A stretch of DNA of 58,476 nt, filler included, from Trichosphaerium sp. ATCC 40318 (taxonomy: Eukaryota > Protista > Tubulinea), in assembly GCA_038496445.1 (NCBI GenBank). It is 2 parts of 2 records of this genome, joined end to end, with 100 filler letters (N's around TTAATTAATTAA, not from the genome) between each part and the next. Parts side by side here need not be neighbours in the genome. Positions count along the whole stretch, not along the records: positions 27,717 to 58,476 come from JALMLS010000357.1; 1 more part is not named here. The stretch is one strand, 5' to 3'. A program made the translations under genes and the position numbers. Shown here one piece after another: positions 28,041-38,775 of the stretch. Numbering within the stretch: position 1 is the first letter of the stretch; every line of letters begins with the position of its first letter. Under the pieces are notes generated by a model. That model had not been told where the DNA came from. It saw only the letters and a list, made by a program, of their open reading frames with translations, and made no database searches.

Positions 28041-28508
28041 TAGTGTTAAAAGATTCTTTATTTTGTCCTTCAACCCCCTAGCTCACAATTTTGGAGATGC
28101 CAATTACTCTTTGCAATTTGATATTTAAATTGGAAACAATAAACCTACATTGCTTGCAACAGAGTGTTGCATTTATGGAGTTCGCTAGCTACAATACCTA
28201 CAAATACTGATCCTCCCAAAACAAAGCCGCCAATAGTAGAACTACAATAGTTCTTCAACCAGGTACACCTAATGCTCTCATCTCAAGAGTCAGCGGGATC
28301 TCAAAGAAGCGGATTTGAGATACAAGACATTGCGAGTGGCTCTTCTTAAATGTACGACCCTGGTTCGTTTTTTAAATCTTTCTTTAGCTTGGTTAGATGC
28401 TTATTTAGTACAATAGCTTGTCAAGTTCTAAAAGAGGCCTTTGGAGTATAGTACTGTGTGAGATGAGATAAAATGGTGGGTACTATGTTCTCTGTAGATT
28501 ACTTTCAG

Positions 28509-28685
28509 AATAGTCCTCAACTTCCCTCTAAAACAAAACAGTTGAGGTATTTACAAGGAGCGTACGCTCTCAAAATCAGTGATATTAGAAAAGTAGACTT
28601 TACAGACTTTAGGACAGTCAATAGAATTGACTTTAGCTTTTGTCACTTACTGACTGATGACCATCTTAAACAACTTTCTGGAGTT
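28509..28685 (+). pseudogene. Duplicated fragment of the F-box/LRR gene spanning the empty insertion site of the 38042-38775 MITE
   Basis: LRYLQGAYALKISDIRKVDFTDFRTVNRIDFSFCHLLTDDHLKQLSGV is contiguous, with a single CTGACTGA at 28650-28657. Confidence 0.88.
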
Positions 28686-28859
28686 TTTTAAAATCTGGTG
28701 TTTGTTGTTTGTAGGAGCCAATGGACGATAGGGATCTAACGGGTTTAAACCGCATGTAGCTTAAAGTGCATAATTTACTACACAAGACGACATAGTTCTG
28801 TTGCCAAAATGATGTGCTCCACCCACTCCTTTCTCTACAAAGGACAAGTGTTAGCTTCA

Positions 28860-29486
28860 ATGTGACACTCACTTGTCATTGATTAATGTAACGTAAGTCT
28901 TGTCATTGAGGGAAAAAAAAAAGAATAATGTAAGAAAAAAATCACGTGCTGCATGCTCAGTCGAAACGAAGAAGAACGTCACTCTGTCACCGTCTTCCTG
29001 TTTTTGTGTAAATGACCATACATACTGGTTTTCAGAACTCATCTTATCCTCAATCTGTACATTTGTAATATCCATCATTGAGAATGTATTTATTGCCCTC
29101 TCATGGTTTATATTCTAGAAAAACAAACTCTTAGTCAAACATTCATATTAGACCCACCTTGTAATAGGACAACGTTTCAATTCCCAAATCAAAATAACGT
29201 GTCTTCCACCGTTTAATCACGTTACCTCGTTTTACAATATACCCTTTCATTGGTACAAGCTTGTAGCGCTAGAAACACTCCGGTTAATACATGAGTTGTG
29301 CCAAATAAGCGTAGTAAGTACTATCAACTACTTAATTCGTGCCTTGTACAGTGAGCTCTTATTTGTGACATCGTAATAGACTGTATTTAACGTCCTCACT
29401 ATTTTCATCATTTTAATTGTCTTAACGTTATCTACAATAAGATATACGAGCTCTGGTGGCAACTGAAGAGCATCCTTACACGACAT
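28860..29486 (-). CDS. Small F-box-like protein gene or pseudogene, multi-exon; 3' end uncertain
   Basis: MSCKDALQLPPELVYLIVDNV ... VRTLNTVYYDV is F-box-like. Downstream exon MMDITNVQIEDKMSSENQYVWSFTQK is duplicated at 39844-39950. Confidence 0.45.
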
Positions 29487-32400
29487 GGTAACTACAATAA
29501 TATAAACCATACGAGTCAATATTATTCAGCAACTAGTAGTGTTAAAAAGATTCTGTGTCCTTCAAACCACCAAGCTAAAACCTACATTGCTTGCAACAAA
29601 GTGTTGCATTTATGGATTTTGCTACCTGCAAACACCTACAAATACTGGACTGATCCTCCTAAAACAACAAGGCCACCAACAGTAGAACTTACAATAGCTT
29701 CTCAACTAGATACACCAAATGCTCTCATCTCAAGATCTCAAAGAAGCGGATTTGAGATACAAGACATTGATAGTGGCTCTTCTTAAATGTACGACCTTTG
29801 TTCGTTTTTTAAATCTATCTTTAGCTTGGTTAGATGCTTATTTAGTACAATAGCTTTTAGTTCCTTGACAGGCCTTGGAGTATGGTGCTGTGCAAAATGA
29901 GATAATATGTTGACTACATATTTTGTAGGTTCTTATCACTGTGGCATAGTACGAGCAACTGAAATTGAGGTTTTGCAAACACTTTTTTGTTTAGTCAAAT
30001 TTGTACGACATTTTATATATCCGCCTTGGCTGTTAACAAGGATAGTGCAGTCAGCCATCTACAAGATTTTTGTAGTAGCCTCACTAGGCCGGAAATAACA
30101 AAACGGCACTTGTTGGAGGTTTTGCACAAGCTTTGAAAACCGTAAAGGCGTATTGAATTCAGACACATAAAGATATTCCAACGTGGAACAGTATTGTAGA
30201 CATTTGAAACGATTAGTACAGCCACCACGTTTTTTACCGAGTTCTTACCAAAATGGCGTTTATCACAAGATTCACTCTTTTTGAACGTGTCAGTGAATTT
30301 TGAGCATACAGACTAATTCATGTTTGTTGTTTACATTGCATACAATTACCGCATCTAGTGGCAACTTCGTAGCATCATTTAGAGCTTTGAATTCTTTGCT
30401 GGTAATTTAGTGATTTTACTTATGTAGTAATTTTACAAGCAACATTGTGCCTGATAATAATATGTGCTACCACTTATTTTAACATAACCTCAAGTTACAC
30501 ACACAAAAGCGAGGTTCATATACAAACCTTATTACTGGTAAGTATTCTGTATCTGTGTAAACAAAAGCTCCATCAATAGCATCAATTGTAACGTTCTGAC
30601 AACTTGTAACATTAATTATTCTGACACCAGTTACTGCCCTAACACCATCATCTGTAATATTACACTTTGCAAGGTTAATTGTATGAACACCAACCAATGC
30701 TTTGACGCCTTCATCTGTAACTTTTGTCTTGCAAAGGTTAATTGTATGAACACCAGCTAGTGCTTTAACACCTTTATCTGTAATGTGTATACAGTATGAT
30801 AAATCAATAGTATGAACACCTGCCAATGCTGTAATACTCTTATCAGAGACATAGTCACAACGCCTTAAATGGATTTCATGAACGCCAGCCAGCGCTTTAA
30901 CACCATCACCTCTAATATCATTATAGCTTAAACTAACAGTATGAGCACCAGCCAATGCTTTAACACCTTTGTTTGTAACATCACAACTGTCCAAATTAAT
31001 TATATGTACACCTGCTAATGCCTTAGCACCTTTATCTGTAACATGTTCACACCCTTCCAAAAAAATGGTATGAACTCCTGCCAAATGTATGATGCCATCA
31101 TCTGTAATATGTACACATTCTGTTAAATCAATAGAATGTACTCCAGCCAACGCTTTCACGCCATCATCTGTTATGTGTTTACATTCTGATAAATTGATTG
31201 TATGCACACCAGCCAATGCTTTAATACCTTCATCTGTGACATGTATACATTCTGATAAATTAATTGTATGAACACCAGCCAATGCTTTCACGCCATCATC
31301 TGAAATTTGTATACATTCTGATAAATCAATAGTATGAACACCTGCCAATGCTCTAACACCTTCGTTGGTAATATCCTCAATTCCTGATAAACGAATTGTA
31401 TGGACACCTGCCAAAGCTTTAAGAACAGCATCATTAGCACCCCATAAATTAATAGTATGAACACCAGCTAAGCAGCTAATATTATCATCAGATACAAGTG
31501 TATGACAAAGATCGATGGTGTGAACGCCAGATAAAGCTCTAATACTGTCATCTATTTTTTCAAGTCCCCACAAATTTATCTCATGAACACCAGCCAGTGC
31601 TTTAATACCTTCATCTGTAAGGACTGTGTTACAAGATATATCAATTGTATGGACACCCTAGCGATGTTCCAAACGAATAGAATACCGAATCTATCGCCAG
31701 AACGTAAAAAGTTGGAAATAGTCGAATATATTCCGATTCGGTTTTCAGAGAAGAGCGACTGTGAAACTGAAAGTTGTTGGCTTTTTTTTTAATCACCAAG
31801 TGCTTTTTGTTCATCCAAACCACTCTCATACGTTTTAAAATGCATATTTCTATACATAGAGTGGTTGAAAGCCCTATATTGAGTGAGTTTAAGATATCTA
31901 CGTTTTAGCGGTAAAACTAAGTCACAGTAAGCCTAACCGACACTTTTGTTGTGTGAAATTGTGCCAGTGGTGACGTTTTTTTGACAATTCGAGCCAATCT
32001 TGAGCCCACCACGTGATCTATTTTTTTGCTGTCTCAAAACCACTTTTTAGTACTTTCCACACGTAGAAATAGCCATCACTTGAGGTAAAACATATCTCTG
32101 TCGACTGAATAGACTGTGATCTACTAATAAACTCTAAAATGCTTTAATAAATACTGCGAGAGTATGTTAAACAACATGTTGGAGTTAGAGCTTGTAACAA
32201 GCTGATTTTGTGTCTTTTTATTTTCTGTAATTGTATTTAGAAAACTCACATTTTTTCACTCATCAACTTCCTCGAACTGCTTCATAGTCACACTATCCAT
32301 ATTTTATGACTGCTGAATATACACAAGGGCAGCTGATAGGTATGTACAAGTCATTAGGTTACTTAGAATCAAAAGTGTTGAAAAATACCGTGTAATACAC

Positions 32401-32675
32401 ATTCTTTGCATCTCATAGTGTTTGAGAGTAGTTTTGAAACACGTGATACATTTTGTAGAGTTTACACTTCAAATCAAGTAAAAGTAGTCACAAACCGTGT
32501 TATACGCACGTTTATTGCAGTTTGTGGTCACTTTGGCTGATAACAAAATCGTTTATCCTTTTTAGTATCACATGTATCAAAACTACTCGGAACTGTGTTG
32601 AACACGTGTTTATTAAACGTTGTGGCCATTTTTAGCCAATTTTAAACTGCTTGTACTGTACTTACTGTTACTTAG

Positions 32676-33760
32676 CTAATTTACCCAAGTGGGATGCTCA
32701 TAGTTGTCCGTGGGATGCTGTTTACATTGCGCTGTGCTCAGTTAATGAAGTTTGTGTATGTAAACATCAAATTATGTGCATTTGTTTTGCTTAGCACAAA
32801 GTTAGGTATTTCCACAACACCCAACTTTGTTAACGGACAACAATACTTCACAAAGTCGAAACAAACTCATAGCTCTCTTTGAAGAACACTGCTACTACAC
32901 TAATCCAAAACAGCAGACATATCTAGCAAAGCAGTTTAGTAAGCAGCGTAATGGGCAGTATGCTTTTGAATGCAGTGTAACAGAAGTACACAGATACGCT
33001 AGAAAAATGTGTACAGCATTTCATTTTATTGAGTGTTACGAAAATAAATGCTCATGTCAAGGTACAACACAATTACTTTTATGGTATTCACACATTTAAA
33101 GACAGTTTCAAATCTCTGGAAAGGCTGTTCATTGATTATGGAGATTTAGAAGAGCGAATATCTACTTGGTTGAATCAAAGATTACAGTCAAACCATTGTA
33201 CAGAATGTACTTCTGGTGGAATAAAAACTGCTATGGTAATTCTATGTCATTATCTACAACTTATCATTGATAGAGCATCACAATACCAGCGCTGATAACA
33301 GTGTGTCCTTCACCTACAGTGGTATCCAACTTTTTTGGGTTGCCTCAACAATTAATTCTACACGGAAGGTACATACAAACACAAGGCTGTGTGTTAATGA
33401 AATTAGAGTGTGGAAAGCAACGTATTTATTAATGTGGCAAAAGAACCCAAAGCACTACACTACATATGTGAATGTAAATGGTATTTGGTGGTTCATTGAC
33501 TGTTACCAACCAGAAAAATCTTGTCGCTCCAATCCTTGTAAGCCATTTTTCTACTACCTATGATTAACGCTTGAAAGGGGATAGCTCTGCATCACATGGC
33601 ACCAACCCTGATTTTTGGCGTGTTTGTGAGGTTGTTTATAAAGGAGAACCACATCAAGTATTTAACACAAAGCCTTACAAACCACCAACTCCGCCCTCCA
33701 TCTATGAAAACTACAGCTCAAACAGTGTCAGGTATTGTGAATTACATTTTGTGGCAAATA
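32676..33760 (+). CDS. USP/C19-like (papain-fold) cysteine protease domain inside the piggyBac-like element, multi-exon; start codon not identified
   Basis: Cys-box-like LPKWDAHSCPWDAVYIAL (Cys codon 32705-32707), CSC and CTEC Zn-ribbon-like motifs, IPALITV, LPQQLILHGRVWKATYLL, His-box-like KHYTTYVNVNGIWWFID. Confidence 0.6.
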
Positions 33761-34179
33761 GTTAACCTAAGTAGTGACGTTGTGTGTATTGAAGATAGTA
33801 GTGATGAATTTAGCCCATATGATGTACATCCAATTGATTCGAATGAATTCAGTGACGAAGATTCATGTAACATTTTAATGGTATCTAATTGTAAGCTACC
33901 TTCCGATAGAATATTGGCAAAGGATGACATTTTGGGTAAAACGGTAACAATACTTAAAGTAACAGACAAACGAACTATCACCAAGAAAGAAAAGAAAGTA
34001 GGACAGCGAAAGTGGGTTGTAGAAGTAGAAATTAGTGTTGATGGTGAAAACAAACATTGTAGGCTATGGGACTGTGATGCAAAAACATTACAAGGATACA
34101 AGACAGCAATTGCACACTGGAAAACACAAAAGTACATTACTGACGGGGTACTTTTCTACCAGTTAATGAAGGCACTAAC

Positions 34180-36580
34180 TTGTTTAGAACTGGGAGCCTG
34201 GTATAAATGCACCACATTTAAAGCATACATCTGCAGATAATGTGCTTGGTATTGATGAAGGAAAACAGTTTGCAATATGGAACCACAAAAAACCACCAAC
34301 AGTTCAAGATGCAATAACAACATGGCTTTCACCTTTGTTTAACATGGTATTAGCGGACTCATCAATAGGTTTGACAGTTTGACAGCTTATGTAGTTTATT
34401 GCAATCAACTCACTCTTTTGTAGGGTTTAAAACGTTGGGTGCTGATTCCAAAAACATCTACAACAAGCTGAAAAAACAAGATATTTTGAAGCACAATTAC
34501 AAAAAGCAACTTGAAGCGTTGAAACTGTATCCAGGTAAAGCCAATACCCTGTATTACATTAAATGGTTTATAGATATTAAAAACACATCTTGGTATCAAA
34601 ATACAGTACCCAAGACAAAACAGCGGCTTGATAAAATAACCCAAAGCTGTGCTTCTGTTTCATATTCTACCTTGCTTTCTAAAATTGATATTCCGGGATA
34701 CATCAAAGCCAAAAAACAAAAAAATCACCATAAATGGACATGTGCCGGTAGTTGGTCAATAGATCTAGTTAGGTACTATTTTGGAGCGCTATTAGGAATG
34801 AAACTAGCGCCACACCATAAGCTACCAAATTATTGGAAAAAGTTCTCATTATATGGAAATGAAGGTACAAATGAGTTCATTTTGTACATTATTTAGTTTG
34901 GTAGCCATTAAAAATAGTTGTACATTGGAGCAATGGGAAGAAATCACCTCTCAGATAGATTACCATCCCTTAAAAGTTCAACGGTATTGTAATTTGGTTT
35001 GATATCTTCTGTGTATTTACAAAAATATTACAGGTTGCTGAATAGTGTTATACAACAGTCGTTTTTACCTGGAAGTATTGGTTGCCTAGATGAATCAGTA
35101 CTACCAGGAGCAAGTATGTCAACACTATCAAGGCATCATTTAAATGGCCATAGAGGTGTGGTTTAGATGTTATTGTTCACGCAAACCTGTAAAGGAAGGA
35201 TTTTGGGTTTTTGAATTCTGTTTTAAAGTACGTTACCTCATAAAGCCTTTTTTAATGATTTAAAAAGAATGGTAAAGATGTTTGGCCATGGATGCTTGAA
35301 GTACGATTTGGAGGAAGCACTTTGCCTCCGTCACACATGGCTCACTTTATTGCTACTACTATATTGAAGAAGTATCCCAACAATAAAATTACCATAGCAA
35401 CTGATTCATACTACACTACACCAGCTATGGCAAAGCAAGCATCTAACAACTTTAAATTTGTTGGAGTTATGAATTCGACTAAAGCAGCGGACATGATTTC
35501 TCATCTGAAAAAAGTACAAAAATTCCATGTCCACATCTAATTGATTGCTAGTTGCTACCCAACAAAAAGGTTGGAACACATGTGTGGGTATATGACGCCA
35601 ACACATTGGAACAAGATTCTCCAGTCTGTGCTGGTATATTCAAAGATGTTAAATCTCATGTCTCTTATCTATCAAACATTGGAGATCCTACTAAATCTGT
35701 TTCTGTGACAGAAACTATCAAGTCAAAACAACAGGTGATACATAAGCCTGAACCCGTGAAGCTGTATTCAGAATTGAAAAATGCTTGTGATGTATTTAAT
35801 AGATTGTACGCATAAGTTGTAGTTATTAATACTGATTTTATACACAGTGTATTGAAGTACAGAAGGATTCATAATACCAAAAACACTCGGTGGACCACAG
35901 CATTGTTGACAGCCTACTTGTAACATATTTTGTTAACACCACAGTTAATGTTGTTTAGTGATTTGTTTATGGCATCCTCTTTTTGTTGGTACACAATGCT
36001 CAACAAACATAGCACAATAACATATGCAAAGTACATGGAAATGGTCGCAACTTCTTTAATGGAATCAAACCACAAACCCATATGTATTCGGCTGAGAAAA
36101 CCCACAACTGCAAAAACTCCTAAACCTCAAGCTTACAATGATAGATGTTTACATACTCGGTCTAAAATGAAACCAATTTCAGACATCCAAAGCAATCAAA
36201 TGAAATCACGCACAAGTGATCACATTCATCAAGCCAAACAATCAAACAAAAGAAAATTAGAAAAACAAAGTGGACAGGCAAAAAAACGTCAGCGAGTAGC
36301 AAAAACTCATAGTTTGCACTCAATTACAAAGTCTCGCTTTTCTGACAAGCTATTAAACTCACAAGTTGCCAAATGCAAGGTTTGCAATCAACGAAAAATA
36401 AGAAGGTACTATGCCGGCTATTTATTAACAGTATTCACCAAGATTAGGTATTGCAAAGGATGTATGATACAGCGTAAACTTGTTTGTGTGAAAAAAACTG
36501 TCTATTCTTTAAGAGTTCCAACGTTTTACTGTGTTGATTGCTTTCTAAACTACCACATGAACACTTCTTTCAACTACTGA
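34180..36580 (+). CDS. piggyBac-family (DDD) transposase with C-terminal cysteine-rich domain, multi-exon; probably continuous with the upstream protease exons
   Basis: YFGALLGMKL..LPNYW; PGSIGCLDES (Asp 35089); FRCYCSRKPVKEGFWVF; IATDSYYT; FVGVM; KPEPVKLYSELKNACDVFNRL; CKVC...YCKGC...YCVDCFLNYH. Confidence 0.88.
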
Positions 36581-38041
36581 ATGGTACCTCTCTCTTTGGT
36601 CATTTGGGATTGACATGGAATATCATATATCTTTTGGCTCTCACTGGGCTAGCTCCAGGCAGTGACCCAGATTATGGAGAAGACGACTTAGTATCAGGTA
36701 AGAAAAAGAGATTTAAAGAGAAAGCTAACAAGGCGTTCAAGGTTGACATTGATACCATATTGGCAATGAAATAGCATTCTGCCTTGTAGTATCTCTTAGA
36801 ACATGCAGTGGATATTGCCTCCTACCAATGCAACAGTGGCACTGACACTGAATGCCATAACTGGTACAAGACGCTTTTACACCTCACTCTATGATATCTA
36901 TCTAATGGTTGTCTTTTGCAATGCGAAATAATTGGTATTTTTAGGTAATTAACTAACAAAGACGGACTGAAAATGATGGCATTTTTTATTTTTTGTTTGT
37001 TTTACAAGATATTGATACCCTTTGTACATGGGTAACAATTTTGGAAAGTGTTTGGACACAGCAGCAATGTCCGAAAATAAACTTCCTCTTTCTGTGAACA
37101 CAAAAAAAGGCTGCGGATGCTGCTCAAATTTGGGCAAAAAATTGTCCAAAATTCCGCCCGCTTGTACTCCTTGTGTGTAGTCGCTTGTGTGGGGGTAGTG
37201 GGTATATGTAAGAAATAACCAGCTACCTATTTGTGTTGTTATTCAGTCGATAGAGATATTTTAACACAATTTTGTAGTTTTATCTATTCACTTGCTCTAT
37301 TAAAAAAAAGTCTCAGACGTGTTCGGATGTAAAAAAATGGGTTCAGGACAGCAATAAGGATGTAATTTGTGCCGTTTTATCTCACCACAAAAAAAGCGAG
37401 AAGAATATATTCGAATAAACCAAGAAAATTTGGTTCAAATACGAATTTTGCAATCTATCCGTTTGGAACATCGCTAGGACACCCGCTAACAATGAAATAC
37501 CTTTATCTGTTACATTATCACAACCCATTATATGAATACTGTGAGCATTAGCCAATTCTTTAATACCTTTGTCAGTAACACCATCACAAGACCTTATTTT
37601 AAGTGTATGAACACCACCTCTTCCAAGGGCTATAATGCAATCATCTCTAACTTTGCACATTCCCACATTAATTGTATGAACACCAGCCAATGCTTTAACA
37701 CCTTCACTTGTGATATCGCAACAACCATATAAATTAATGCTCTTAACACCAGCTAACCACTTGAGTCCTTTATCTGTGACATGGTTACAATAGCTTAAAT
37801 CAATTGTGTGAACACCAGATAATGCTTTGAGAACATCGTCTGTAATACATGGACAATAACTCAAATCAATTTCATGAACGCCTGATAGTGATTTAATACC
37901 TTTTGCTGTAACACGTGTGCAAAAGCTTAAGCCAATCGTGTGAACGCCAATTAATGATTTAATACCTCGATCTGTAACCTTTGTTCCATTTAATATGATT
38001 TTATGAACTCCAGAAAGTTGATTAAGATGGTCATCAGTCAG

Positions 38042-38775
38042 TAGAGGTGGCAAATACCGGTCCGATACCGGTCCGGTTTCAATATATCGGTTTTCGGTCC
38101 GTAACCGGTCCGTGATTTAGAGCAAGAGCAGTATTCATTCAGTGAATAACAATGTAATTGGCTTCTTTTTGAACCACCACTCACTTTATTTTGAATAAAA
38201 GTAGCCTGAAACGCCTTAAAATTGAGAGTTCTACACATAGAGTGGTTGAAAGCCCTCAATCAGCCCGTTTTAACAAAATTAAGTTTAGCGGTAAAACAAG
38301 CTACTTTTTTTGAGTCAAAATGTGCCTGTGGTGACGTTATTTTGACATTTGGACAAAATCACGTGATGTTACATACTTTCATACACTTTCACCCAAACAT
38401 CTTTTTATCACTTTGTGCGCGTAGAGCAACTTATCAAGTGCATTGCTTACGCGAAATAATAGTATCTAAACTATTTTAGGTATGAAAAAAAAAAAGTGGT
38501 GATATTCAAACCTGCCACAAAAAGTGTACAGCCACCTTATGTGCATGCACACAGTGAGTAGGTCAATGGATGGAGGCATCTGAGATTTTGTGATAGAGGA
38601 CCGTTTGGACCGATAAAAATCCAAGGGAGTACCCTTTGACAAAAATTCCCTTTTCGGCTATTTTTCCGATTTTCCAAGGGTACCCCCTTTGACAGCGGAC
38701 CGTTTGGACCGTTTACGGACCGGTCTTTGCGTTTCGGTCCGGAACCGGTTCGGACCGGTATTTCTGCCATCTCTA
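38042..38775. mobile_element. hAT-type MITE B (734 bp)
   Basis: Imperfect TIR TAGAG(G/A)TGGCA..AATACCGGTCCG; 8-bp TSD TCAGTCAG at 38034-38041 and 38776-38783; many subterminal GGACCG/CGGTCC repeats; empty site at 28650. Confidence 0.93.

Larger units (their letters stand above)
28041..29930. repeat. Shuffled duplicated blocks: about 28140-28500 ~ 29580-29930 (direct), and homologous to 39318-40200 in mixed orientations
   Basis: CTCAAAGAAGCGGATTTGAGATACAAGACATTG occurs near 28300 and 29737 and reverse-complemented near 39577. 28750-29210 is an inverted copy of about 39735-40200. 28407-28512 is a direct copy of 39318-39425. Confidence 0.85.
32096..37255 (+). mobile_element. piggyBac-like DNA transposon (5160 bp) nested in element A
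   Basis: 16-bp TIR CTCT(G/A)TCGACTGAATA at 32096-32111 and 37240-37255, flanked by ATAT on both sides; encloses a piggyBac-type transposase. Confidence 0.8.
31659..37476. mobile_element. hAT-type non-autonomous element A (about 650 bp once the nested element is removed)
   Basis: TIR TAGCGATGTTCCAAACG(A/G)ATAGA at both ends; 8-bp TSD GGACACCC at 31651-31658 and 37477-37484; subterminal CGAAT/ATTCG words. Confidence 0.92.

Noticed and set aside
30600-31650. Regular 63-66-bp repeats with variable segments, superficially CRISPR-like
   Set aside because: They are in-frame coding LRR units with codon-type variation; no cas genes; eukaryotic context.
31659-37476. Reading the whole 5.8-kb element as a piggyBac transposase using hAT-type ends
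   Set aside because: An inner TIR pair (32096/37255) exists, and the remaining outer sequence resembles MITE B in size and motifs, so nesting is simpler.
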